Counted from the stretch's first letter, positions 51,288 to 60,192 are shown. The stretch: 64,000 nt of DNA from Gammaproteobacteria bacterium (GCA_002691465.1 NZHP01000034.1:8096-72095), one strand, 5' to 3'. Numbers and translations: made by a program. The notes: generated by a model not told the origin, from the letters alone.

Positions 51288-52139
51288 ATGAGAGGGGAAT
51301 CTAGTTCATTCAAAATAAGACCAATGTCAGGCGGATGTGGTGCTGAGATTAAAGGCGTAGATCTTTCTAAACCTCTCGAAAAAGAAGAAAAAGCACTCAT
51401 CGAAAAAGCTTGGCTAGATCATCAAGTCTTATTCTTTAGAGATCAACCACTGACAGCTGAAGAGCATGTTAATTTTGCAAAAAACTTTGGCGAACTCCAA
51501 GGACCTGGCTATATGCCAACATTGGAAGACTACCCAAATGTATATGTTCAGGAATACCCCGACCTTTTTAAAGGGATCGTTTCTGATGTAGATTGGCACA
51601 TCGATGCCTCATTCCTTGAGAAACCACTTAAAGGTGCTGTCTTATATGCTATCGATGTTCCTGAAACTGGTGGTGACACGACATGGGTTAATTTATATGA
51701 AGCCTATGAATCATTGTCAGACTCAATGAAAGACCTTTGCTCAAATCTAACAGCCGTTCATGATAATTTTCATAAAAACCTTCTAAGTGTAATTGAAACA
51801 TACGGCAGCAAAGGTTATGAGATGGCAAGAAAGGCAACGCCACCAAGAGAACATCCTCTGGTCTGCACCCATCCTGAAACAGGAAAGAAATGCCTTTTTT
51901 ACAGCGAGCTAATGGTCTCTCATTTTAAAGAGTTGAGTGCTGATGAAGGGAAATATCTTAGAGGCTTTCTAATTGACCACATAAAAAAACCTGAATTGGC
52001 TTGTCGATTTAAATGGGAAAATCATTCTGTGGCCTTCTGGGATAATCGGTGCACTGCTCACAGAGGAATATTTGATTTTGGAGAGGCTCACCGTCTGATG
52101 CATCGAGTGGCTATCCAAGGCGAAACCAAACCCAATTAA
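51288..52139 (+). CDS. TauD/TfdA-family Fe(II)/2-oxoglutarate dioxygenase
   Basis: 283 aa with the WHIDASF (HxD) facial-triad motif and a C-terminal CTAHRG. Confidence 0.85.
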   Translation: MRGESSSFKIRPMSGGCGAEIKGVDLSKPLEKEEKALIEKAWLDHQVLFFRDQPLTAEEHVNFAKNFGELQGPGYMPTLEDYPNVYVQEYPDLFKGIVSDVDWHIDASFLEKPLKGAVLYAIDVPETGGDTTWVNLYEAYESLSDSMKDLCSNLTAVHDNFHKNLLSVIETYGSKGYEMARKATPPREHPLVCTHPETGKKCLFYSELMVSHFKELSADEGKYLRGFLIDHIKKPELACRFKWENHSVAFWDNRCTAHRGIFDFGEAHRLMHRVAIQGETKPN

Positions 52140-52141
52140 TC

Positions 52142-53572
52142 ATGTGGATTAAGAAGTTTCATAAGGACGACTCAGAAGACTCAAGAACACCTATTCCCAC
52201 TCAGGTTGTATCGAATGAGGAATACTTGCCAAGACCACAAACACCAGACCAAAAAAAGGTTGAAGCCATCATTCATGAAATGGCTGAGAAATATAGCAAA
52301 AAAGTGGGGTTATCTAGAAGAGATTTTCTAAAAACAACCAATGGGATGGCGCTCGCATTTGTAGCAATGAATCAAGTCTTTGGAAACTACTTTGAGGCAC
52401 ATGCCGAAGAGCTGACGGATATTTCAGCAATTTCAGAATTAACAAATAGAAATCAATTCATCTTTGATGTTCAGACCCATCATGTTGCCACTGGGAAAAC
52501 AGAACCACTCGGATTTAGAATCATGGCATGGCCATTCAACGAGGAGCTCAAAGGAAAGAAGCCCGCAAAAGATGATCTTAGGTTTAATAATTACGTCAAA
52601 GAGATTTTTCTAGACAGCGAGGTCTCAATTGCATGTCTGAGTGGCATAGCCTCTAAGGTCCTTGATGTCATTAATGTCGATGAAATGGTCGAATCACGAA
52701 ACACCATTAATAACATGGCTGGATCAAATCGCATGGTTTGTCATGGGCCAATTGCGCCTTATGTTCCAAATTTCTTGGAAGAAGCCGAAAGGCAAGCAAC
52801 AGAGTTAAATGTCGATGCTTGGAAATTTTATACTGGTGTATTCAATATGGATGAAGAATACAGCTGGTGGATGGATGATGAGGAACTTGTATACCCCTTT
52901 TATGAAAAAATTAAATCATGGGGGAAAAATATTGTCTGTGCACACAAAGGCCTACCATTTAGACCTCCTAGACCTGGTGAAACGGACTATACCCATCCCA
53001 GGGATATAAAAAAAGCCTCAAAAGATCATCCTGAAATAAATTTTGTGATTTATCACTCGGCTTTTAGAGATCAAAATATGGGTCTGCCACCAGAAGATGA
53101 ATATTTGAATGAAAATGCATACCTGCCCTATACCAGCGATCTATGCAAAGACAGAATTGAAAATCCACACATGACTAATGTTTTTATGGAACTGGGTACC
53201 ACCTTTGGGCATACAGTGATCACTCATCCAAAAATATGCGCTCATCTCCTTGGGCAGATCATCAATGCATTTGGTGTCGATCGTATTTTGTTCGGGACAG
53301 ATGCTATCTGGTGGGGCTCGCCCCAATGGCAAATAGAAGCATTCAGAAGATTCCAAATTCCAGAGGAGATGCAAGAAAAATTTGGATATCCAGAAATCAC
53401 TGAAGAAGACAAAGCAAAAATTCTTGGCTTGAATGCGGCAAAGTTGTATTCAATTGATGTGGAATCAAGCATTCAAAAAATTTCAAATGATCGAATGACC
53501 CAACTTAAGAACTCTTATCTGGCTGAGGGCGGAAAACCCAGCAATAATATTTATGGTTGGGTGATGACTTAA
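52142..53572 (+). CDS. Amidohydrolase-superfamily (Amidohydro_2-like) protein with a Tat-type motif
   Basis: FDVQTHH, CAHKG and LFGTDA metal-ligand-like motifs. SRRDFLK is at residues 58-64. The alternative start ATG 52280 would give a canonical Tat signal. Confidence 0.65.
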   Translation: MWIKKFHKDDSEDSRTPIPTQVVSNEEYLPRPQTPDQKKVEAIIHEMAEKYSKKVGLSRRDFLKTTNGMALAFVAMNQVFGNYFEAHAEELTDISAISELTNRNQFIFDVQTHHVATGKTEPLGFRIMAWPFNEELKGKKPAKDDLRFNNYVKEIFLDSEVSIACLSGIASKVLDVINVDEMVESRNTINNMAGSNRMVCHGPIAPYVPNFLEEAERQATELNVDAWKFYTGVFNMDEEYSWWMDDEELVYPFYEKIKSWGKNIVCAHKGLPFRPPRPGETDYTHPRDIKKASKDHPEINFVIYHSAFRDQNMGLPPEDEYLNENAYLPYTSDLCKDRIENPHMTNVFMELGTTFGHTVITHPKICAHLLGQIINAFGVDRILFGTDAIWWGSPQWQIEAFRRFQIPEEMQEKFGYPEITEEDKAKILGLNAAKLYSIDVESSIQKISNDRMTQLKNSYLAEGGKPSNNIYGWVMT

Positions 53573-54738
53573 TCTTTTGGGCTCAAGTCGATGGCCCTAC
53601 CCTGCATGTGATTGACAGACTTTATTCCCAATAGTTTTGCTATTGTAGGCGCTACATCGGTCATGTGAATTGGTCCGATTCTCTCATTTCGAACTCCAGC
53701 ACCAAATGCTCCAAAAATTGCATGCATTTCCTTGAGATCTGGGTCATATCCATGCATACCTTTTGGTCCATCCAATGGGTTATTATTAAACATATATGGA
53801 GGCTCCGTTGTTACAATCAAGTCGCCTGTTCGAGTGGGATGATTCATGTGGAATGATGCTGGGAGATTTTCTCTTCTATAGGCCTTGATATGGAGTTGTG
53901 TTGAAAGCAACTCTAATGCCTGAGCTCTCTGAGTTTTATCTTCGATGAATATGTGTGCTACTGCCGGTCCTGAAGAAAGAATGTAATTAATTTCAATTGA
54001 GTCTAGTACTTCTTTAAGTGAGATGTATTTATTGACATTGATCATGCCATGGTCACTCACCAGAAGTAAAGTCAGGTAATCCCAAGCATCAATTTCTGTC
54101 AATCGAGAAAAGAGCAGTCCTAGCATTTCATCTTGTCTGACCATTTGATCAAAAATCTTTTTATGATCTGTGCCGTAAATATGCCCAACTGAGTCTGTGC
54201 CATCCCAATAGGTCATGATCAATTTTGGTCTGATTGCTTCGTCCATATCTAACCAAGCGATTACTTGGTCAATTTTTTCCTCTTCCTTGATATTCGCATC
54301 AAAAGGAGCATATTTATATTTTGCCTGCCAGCCATTCCATTGTGTCTCTGAGCCAACCCAGAAATATACTCCACTTGTAATGCCTTCTTGTTCAGCGAGT
54401 ATCCATATTGGGGGACTATCAATCAGATTTGCGTCATCTGGATAACTGTGGAAACCTGACTCTCGATCATAAAAAGAATTATGAAGAATTCCATGACGAT
54501 CAGGATAAACACCAGTTGCCATGCTTACATGGCCAGGATAAGTTGTGGATTGATAAACGGGTGTCATGAACTCGGCTCTGATCCCCTCATTTTGAATCCT
54601 TTGAAATGTCTTCAATTCTTTCAAATCCCATGCATCATTGGTCATTCCATCCATGGAAATCACAATAACAGTATGATCTTTCTCTGCGATGAGCAGAGAA
54701 GAGAAAACAACAAAAACTAGAGCTAAGGCAACTCTCAT
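53569..54738 (-). CDS. Nucleotide pyrophosphatase/phosphodiesterase (NPP, alkaline-phosphatase superfamily), secreted
   Basis: Signal peptide, ISMDGM, TTYPGHVSMATG (nucleophile Thr context), SDHGM and GMHGYD motifs. Confidence 0.85.
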   Translation of the reverse strand: MRVALALVFVVFSSLLIAEKDHTVIVISMDGMTNDAWDLKELKTFQRIQNEGIRAEFMTPVYQSTTYPGHVSMATGVYPDRHGILHNSFYDRESGFHSYPDDANLIDSPPIWILAEQEGITSGVYFWVGSETQWNGWQAKYKYAPFDANIKEEEKIDQVIAWLDMDEAIRPKLIMTYWDGTDSVGHIYGTDHKKIFDQMVRQDEMLGLLFSRLTEIDAWDYLTLLLVSDHGMINVNKYISLKEVLDSIEINYILSSGPAVAHIFIEDKTQRAQALELLSTQLHIKAYRRENLPASFHMNHPTRTGDLIVTTEPPYMFNNNPLDGPKGMHGYDPDLKEMHAIFGAFGAGVRNERIGPIHMTDVAPTIAKLLGIKSVNHMQGRAIDLSPKD

Positions 54739-54750
54739 AAAATAACTTTT

Positions 54751-55575
54751 TTACTCTGGTTTTTTAAACCTAAGTGTGAACCGATCGCTCTCACCAATCT
54801 CACTAAGCGCTATCTTTTGTTCATCGTTTTGAGCTCTGTAAGTCGGGGCTAATGTCCAAACCCCTTCTGGATGATTTTTAGTGTCCAATCGATTCGCATT
54901 CACTTCAGAAGAATCATCTAAAATGAATCCCGCTGCTTCAGCAATTTTAACCATGTAGCTCTGATTGACGTAACCTGATTTTGATGAGGGATCTTGTGGA
55001 ACCAACTCATCACCTCTATGTTCAACAACTCCAAGCACACCGCCTGGCTTAAGCATTTCATAAAAAGCCTTCATTGCTATATGTTCTTGTCCTCGAGCCA
55101 TCCAGTTATGGATATTTCTGAATGTCAGAACCATGTCAACTGTTTCGGGATCAGACACTTCAATTTTGTCAGGCAGCATTAGGACCCCGTGCTTAACGTT
55201 GCTATATAGATCAGGTCTCTTTTCCAATTTCCCCAAAAATATCTTGCCCATCCTCTGGACAAAAGCACTATCAGAATTCAAGTCAAATGATGCTGAAATA
55301 TACTGCCCTTTTTCATTTAGGTAAGGTGCAAGGATTTCTGTATACCATCCAGCAGAGGGCCATACTTCGACAACTGTCATTTCAGATTCAATCCCAAAAA
55401 ATTCAAGAGTTTCTTTAGGGTTTCTATAAATATCTCTTGATTTGTTTTGCTCAGAGCGATGATCGCCAGCGATCACGCTATCGAGTGATTTTGATTCCGC
55501 ATACTGATGGCCTAATGTGATCAAAAGGACAAGAAGTGCTGTGCATAATTTTTTCATTTCCATCGATTGCCTCAA
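54751..55575 (-). CDS. Class I SAM-dependent methyltransferase-like protein with a signal peptide
   Basis: N-terminal signal (LCTALLVLLITLG). Rossmann-like core (VVEVWPSAGWY, LKPGGVLGVVEH). The start is 55575 or 55557. Confidence 0.65.
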   Translation of the reverse strand: MRQSMEMKKLCTALLVLLITLGHQYAESKSLDSVIAGDHRSEQNKSRDIYRNPKETLEFFGIESEMTVVEVWPSAGWYTEILAPYLNEKGQYISASFDLNSDSAFVQRMGKIFLGKLEKRPDLYSNVKHGVLMLPDKIEVSDPETVDMVLTFRNIHNWMARGQEHIAMKAFYEMLKPGGVLGVVEHRGDELVPQDPSSKSGYVNQSYMVKIAEAAGFILDDSSEVNANRLDTKNHPEGVWTLAPTYRAQNDEQKIALSEIGESDRFTLRFKKPE

Positions 55576-55579
55576 TTAT

Positions 55580-56257
55580 TTAATTTCTTTTCTTTCTCAT
55601 TATCACTGCTAAAACTGGTGCCAGTATAACACCCGCGATAAATCCTCCTATATGAGCACCAAATGCAACGCCTCCATCAGATCCTGAAAAAGAACTATTA
55701 ATTAATTGTAAAACAAACCAAAAGATTAATACCACAAAAGCAGGCAATCTTAAAACTTGTAAGAAGAAGCCCAAAGGAATTGCGACTCTGATTGATCTTT
55801 TGGGAAAAAATACCATGTAAGCTCCCAAAATACCCGAGATAGCTCCGCTTGCTCCAATCATTGGAACTGTTGATGAAGGATCAGGAAGTGCCTGACTAAG
55901 CGCTGCGACAATGCCGCAAACGATATAGAAAATAACGAATACTGGCTTACCAAGAATGTCTTCGATGTTGTCTCCAAAAACCCATAAATAAAGCATATTA
56001 CCGATCAAGTGCATAAAACCTCCATGAAGAAACATGGAAGTAATGACTGTCATTTCAGGGCTAACCCATCTTAACTCCTGTGGGAGCAAAGCACCTTGAA
56101 GCAAGCTGGCTGGAATCACTCCGAGTGCATATATAGCAAGTTTTACATTAGGGCCAAGGCTAAACTGCCACAAAAAGACTGCTATACAAGAACCAATAAT
56201 CACATACGTAATGACTGGGGTGGATCGTGTAGGATTATCGTCGGCGAGAGGAATCAT
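55580..56257 (-). CDS. Rhomboid-family intramembrane serine protease
   Basis: 6-7 TM, HGGFMHLIGNMLYLWVFG, catalytic GASGAISG and HIGGFIAG. Confidence 0.88.
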   Translation of the reverse strand: MIPLADDNPTRSTPVITYVIIGSCIAVFLWQFSLGPNVKLAIYALGVIPASLLQGALLPQELRWVSPEMTVITSMFLHGGFMHLIGNMLYLWVFGDNIEDILGKPVFVIFYIVCGIVAALSQALPDPSSTVPMIGASGAISGILGAYMVFFPKRSIRVAIPLGFFLQVLRLPAFVVLIFWFVLQLINSSFSGSDGGVAFGAHIGGFIAGVILAPVLAVIMRKKRN

Positions 56258-56261
56258 TTAT

Positions 56262-57089
56262 TCAGAATGTGCAACGTGGTTTTCTTTCAACTGCATTATA
56301 TAGTTCTAGAGATTCAGATAACTGACTTGAGAGCCCTTTGATTCGATTGCCGGACGAAGGATGTGAAGAGACAAACTCTAGGTTTGGACGATTACTGTCT
56401 TCTTGCATTTTCTTCCATAAGCTAAGGCTGGCAAAAGGATTGAACCCTGCCTTGGCCATTAACTGCAATCCAGTTTTATCTGCATCAGATTCTTGTTTGC
56501 GGTTAAAAGGTAAATTTAGTCCGTATGTAGAGAGTATCTGAGACATAGTATTGACTGCATTGATTTGATTATTCATCTCATAAATATCAGCTTGAGACCT
56601 AATCTGTCTATTTGACATATTCCCAGCGATTACAGCCATACCAATAGTCGTACCGACTTTAGTGCGCATTTCACGTTTCGCACGTTCATAGGAATGTTTC
56701 TCTGTGACATGGGCAATCTCGTGTCCGATAACCGTAGCAAGTTCGTCTTGATTTGATGCTACTGTAAAAAGGCCTGTGTAAACACCCAATTTTCCACCAG
56801 GCATGGCAAAAGCATTTACCCCTGGATTCTCAAAAACCTCTATCTCCCAGTCTTGATCTACAAATGGCTCATCAAGTTGTCTTATGATCTTTTTGGCTAT
56901 GCAATTTACTTGAGTTCGCTTACTCAAGTCTCTAGATATTGGCAAAGATGTCTTCATTTGCTCCCATGCTTTCTCAGACTCAATCTCAATCTCTCTTTCG
57001 CTGACAAGCAATGCTGCATTAACTTGGGATGCATGTAAAAATACAAGCACAAGAAATAAACTTTGAGTAACCACTTTTGCCTTATCCAT
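56262..57089 (-). CDS. M48-family zinc metallopeptidase, periplasmic
   Basis: Signal peptide, NAFAMPGG and HEIAHV (HExxH). ATG 57089 lies 2 nt after the lipA stop, and the track ORF extends to 57128. Confidence 0.85.
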   Translation of the reverse strand: MDKAKVVTQSLFLVLVFLHASQVNAALLVSEREIEIESEKAWEQMKTSLPISRDLSKRTQVNCIAKKIIRQLDEPFVDQDWEIEVFENPGVNAFAMPGGKLGVYTGLFTVASNQDELATVIGHEIAHVTEKHSYERAKREMRTKVGTTIGMAVIAGNMSNRQIRSQADIYEMNNQINAVNTMSQILSTYGLNLPFNRKQESDADKTGLQLMAKAGFNPFASLSLWKKMQEDSNRPNLEFVSSHPSSGNRIKGLSSQLSESLELYNAVERKPRCTF

Positions 57090-58071
57090 GCTTTTTCTTT
57101 TCCAAATTGATAAAAGCCCTATCAGCACGATAGCTGGAACGAATCAATGGCCCTGCGACTACTTCTTCAATCCCAATTTTTCTGCCTATGTCAGAATATT
57201 CTTTAAATTCATCTGGATGGATGTAATTTTTGACTGGAAGGTGGTTTTTTGTCGGGCGCAGATATTGACCGAGCGTTAATATTTTGACTCCACTATTAAA
57301 AAGATCTTTCATTGTTTGAACAACCTCATTCTTTTGCTCTCCAAGACCAAGCATCATGCCACTCTTACTAACAAAACCTTTTTTAGTGGAATGAGAAAGC
57401 ATTCGTAGCGTCTGATCATAACCCGCTCTGGGGTCTCTGACGGTGCGTGTTAATCGCTCAACTGTTTCAATATTTTGTGAAAAAACATCCAGACCGCTTC
57501 CTAAAAGAATATCCAAATGGGTCAGATTACCCTTAAAATCTGGAGATAAGACCTCAATGGTAAGATCAGGTGATAATGTTTTTGAAGCACTAACACAACG
57601 AGCAATATGAGAAGATCCTCCGTCTGAGAGATCGTCCCGATCCACAGAAGTTAAAACAACATAATCAAGTGACATAAACGCAATTGTGTCTGCAATATTC
57701 TTGGGCTCGTCTTTATCTAACCATCCACTTGGATTGCCTGTATCAACAGCACAAAACTTACACGCTCTCGTGCAAACGCTTCCCATAACCATTAACGTTG
57801 CAGTCTTGTGATTCCAGCACTCAGCAATATTGGGGCACTTGGACTCTTCACATACACTGCTCAAATTAAGTTTCTGAACTCTTTTTCTCAAGGAAATAAA
57901 ATTTTTGCCAGAAGGGATTGGGACCTTGAACCAATCGGGTTTTTTTAAGCTCTTTTCATTACTGAATTCGACAGAAACCTTGATCCCGTCCTTGATGGCT
58001 TTTATGCCATTCTGATGACGGTATTTTTCACCGCTGATAGGCTTGAGTGTATTATTATCCATAATGACCAT
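57082..58071 (-). CDS. lipA: Lipoyl synthase
   Basis: Radical-SAM CTRACKFC motif plus the auxiliary cluster CEESKCPNIAEC. Confidence 0.95.
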   Translation of the reverse strand: MVIMDNNTLKPISGEKYRHQNGIKAIKDGIKVSVEFSNEKSLKKPDWFKVPIPSGKNFISLRKRVQKLNLSSVCEESKCPNIAECWNHKTATLMVMGSVCTRACKFCAVDTGNPSGWLDKDEPKNIADTIAFMSLDYVVLTSVDRDDLSDGGSSHIARCVSASKTLSPDLTIEVLSPDFKGNLTHLDILLGSGLDVFSQNIETVERLTRTVRDPRAGYDQTLRMLSHSTKKGFVSKSGMMLGLGEQKNEVVQTMKDLFNSGVKILTLGQYLRPTKNHLPVKNYIHPDEFKEYSDIGRKIGIEEVVAGPLIRSSYRADRAFINLEKKKHG

Positions 58072-58121
58072 ATAAAAGAATTATAGTTGACTTTACAAAT
58101 CCTGAACACATCAAAGAATAA

Positions 58122-58631
58122 ATGATCACAAGAAAACCACATTTTTATATGTTTTTCATAATCCTATGTTCTTGTATTTTATTCTTTCTTTCAGAAACTG
58201 CAGCTAGTGCAAAGACATTAGATGACCTCCAAAACTTGGAAAAAGGCTCTGTCTCGATAAAGCTTGATTCAAATGAAAGTATAGAATTCAAAGTACTTAT
58301 TGCTGAATCAAACAAAGACAGAAGAAAAGGCTTAATGCATATCGAGTCCATGCAAGAAAATCAAGGAATGTTGTTCGTATTTAATCCTCCAAGAAAAGTC
58401 TCTATGTGGATGAGAAACACGCCAATGACATTGGACATTCTGTTCATCGATAAAGATGGAAAAATCATTAATATTGAGAAAAATACTACGCCCTATTCGA
58501 CAAAAGCACTCTCATCTAGAGGCACCATTCAGTGGGTTTTAGAAATCGCTGGTGGTCTATCAGAAAAATTAGGTATCAAAACTGGTGATGTCCTTTTATT
58601 AGATTCTATAAAGGACCGCGTCGGAGAATAG
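58122..58631 (+). CDS. DUF192-family protein, secreted
   Basis: Signal peptide. GLMH..GMLFVF..MWMRNTPMTLDILFID is typical of DUF192/COG1430. Confidence 0.7.
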   Translation: MITRKPHFYMFFIILCSCILFFLSETAASAKTLDDLQNLEKGSVSIKLDSNESIEFKVLIAESNKDRRKGLMHIESMQENQGMLFVFNPPRKVSMWMRNTPMTLDILFIDKDGKIINIEKNTTPYSTKALSSRGTIQWVLEIAGGLSEKLGIKTGDVLLLDSIKDRVGE

Positions 58632-59298
58632 TCCACCATCTTGCAATATTCAGCAAACTCATTAATGATCCTGCAAAATAGGTCAATGCAGCGGCTCGAA
58701 GTATTTCTCTAGCTCTATCAGAATCACCTTCCTTAAGAAAATCGCTGCTCTCAAGCATTGGCATGGCTCTCGAAAAACTTGCATCCCATTCAGTCGGTAG
58801 TGTAATCAAATGAATTATTGAACTCATACCTAGTGTCATGAATCCGCCCAGGAACATAATCAAGCCAGATTGTGGAATACGTGTTATGAGGGTGACAAAA
58901 GGTGCTGCCATGAGAATAAATGCACCAATCCTTTGTGCGGGTGCCATGAGTTTAACAAGCTTAGTTCTTAATGAAAGCGGGAAATACTTTGTTGAGTCCT
59001 GATGAGCATGTCCAACTTCGTGTGCAGCAACTACAATCGAAGTTAACGATCCCGAAACCATTTTATCCTCGGTCAATCTAACGGTCTTAGAAATTGGATC
59101 ATAATGATCGCCTATTTCTGTAGATTCAACCTTCACATCATTTAGATTAAGTGCATCCAGGAGTTTTCTCGCAAAGTCTGAACCAGTAATTAGGTATCTA
59201 TCACCCGGATCATGATACTTCTTCATAACCCTTTGCACCCATATCGAAGGGAAAAATAGGAGCAAGAAGATGATCAAAAAAGTGATCAGATAGCCCAT
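58606..59298 (-). CDS. Membrane zinc metallopeptidase, YugP-like (Zn_peptidase_2)
   Basis: N-terminal TM, AAHEVGHAHQD (HExxH) and C-terminal TMs. The 3' end overlaps the DUF192 gene by 26 nt. Confidence 0.7.
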   Translation of the reverse strand: MGYLITFLIIFLLLFFPSIWVQRVMKKYHDPGDRYLITGSDFARKLLDALNLNDVKVESTEIGDHYDPISKTVRLTEDKMVSGSLTSIVVAAHEVGHAHQDSTKYFPLSLRTKLVKLMAPAQRIGAFILMAAPFVTLITRIPQSGLIMFLGGFMTLGMSSIIHLITLPTEWDASFSRAMPMLESSDFLKEGDSDRAREILRAAALTYFAGSLMSLLNIARWWTILRRGPL

Positions 59299-59304
59299 GG
59301 ACTA

Positions 59305-59868
59305 TTACTCTACTCTTTTGACTCTGACAGAGGAATTCAAGCCTTCAATCTTGAGCATGTAGGTATCACTCACCCTGCTTCTTTTTATCGTGATTGTAGG
59401 ATTGCTTATCTTAACTCTGAGAACTCCGGCGCTGCTTTGTTGCCATACTTGTCCATTCTCAAGGTTAAATTTTGTGTAACCATCCCAACCCTTGAACTCT
59501 CCCAGTATTCTTGACTGTATGCTGTCTCTTTCATCTCGAATAATTAGGCCAAAGTTATCGCCAGATTTTGAGGCCTGCGATGAGTCATCTTTAGCAACGG
59601 TTTCTGTTTCTTTTTCTTCTTTTTCATCATTTGTATTCTCAGAAGATCTTCCCAGCCTAGATAGCAATCCAGACCTTTCTCTGACTGGTTTTACGTTTTG
59701 CACTTCTGGATTTTCAGTGATTCTGTCATAGCATTGTAGTCGAATTAAAGAAACAGAAATCTCAGAGCACTCTTTTAGTTTTTGCTCAAGGGATTGTGCG
59801 TGAGACTGAGCATTAAATACGAGTATAAATACAAGTAAAAATATGCCGAAAATTTTGTTTGTTATCAT
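59305..59868 (-). CDS. Hypothetical secreted protein
   Basis: Signal peptide, a C..RLQCYD motif, an acidic low-complexity linker and a beta-rich C-terminal domain. I recognise no family. Confidence 0.4.
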   Translation of the reverse strand: MITNKIFGIFLLVFILVFNAQSHAQSLEQKLKECSEISVSLIRLQCYDRITENPEVQNVKPVRERSGLLSRLGRSSENTNDEKEEKETETVAKDDSSQASKSGDNFGLIIRDERDSIQSRILGEFKGWDGYTKFNLENGQVWQQSSAGVLRVKISNPTITIKRSRVSDTYMLKIEGLNSSVRVKRVE

Positions 59869-60107
59869 TTAATTCTCTGGGTTTTCTTCAGATAACAATC
59901 ATACATTTACTGATTTAACGTTGAAAGGAAAATTAATAGGGAGAAGTCATATATTTTGAAGAATTTTGGTTTATTTGTTGTTTTTATGCGACATATATTA
60001 ATATTATAAATATATATCAACAACTTATATCAATACTTTTATATAAAATAAATCATTTATAGCTTGCTTAAGTCATTTGAATACCGGAAAATACTATCAT
60101 ATTTACG

Positions 60108-60150
60108 TTTAGGGGGACGTGTCTAACCTTATAGCTACTCGCGCCCTAAA
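60108..60150 (+). other. Possible structured 5' leader element upstream of the TonB-dependent receptor gene
   Basis: TTTAGGG (60108-60114) pairs perfectly with CCCTAAA (60144-60150). It is the only G+C-rich stretch in a 324-bp AT-rich intergenic region. No known riboswitch motif is recognised. Confidence 0.2.
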
Positions 60151-60192
60151 CATTAATATTTAATTAACTCAATAAAATAAGAGAGGAACTAA

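Noticed and set aside
59869-60192. Cobalamin, TPP or other riboswitch, or a Fur box, upstream of the TonB-dependent receptor
   Set aside because: I found no B12-box-like, TPP (CUGAGA-type) or other core motif I know, and no convincing 19-bp Fur palindrome. Only the generic stem is reported, at low confidence.
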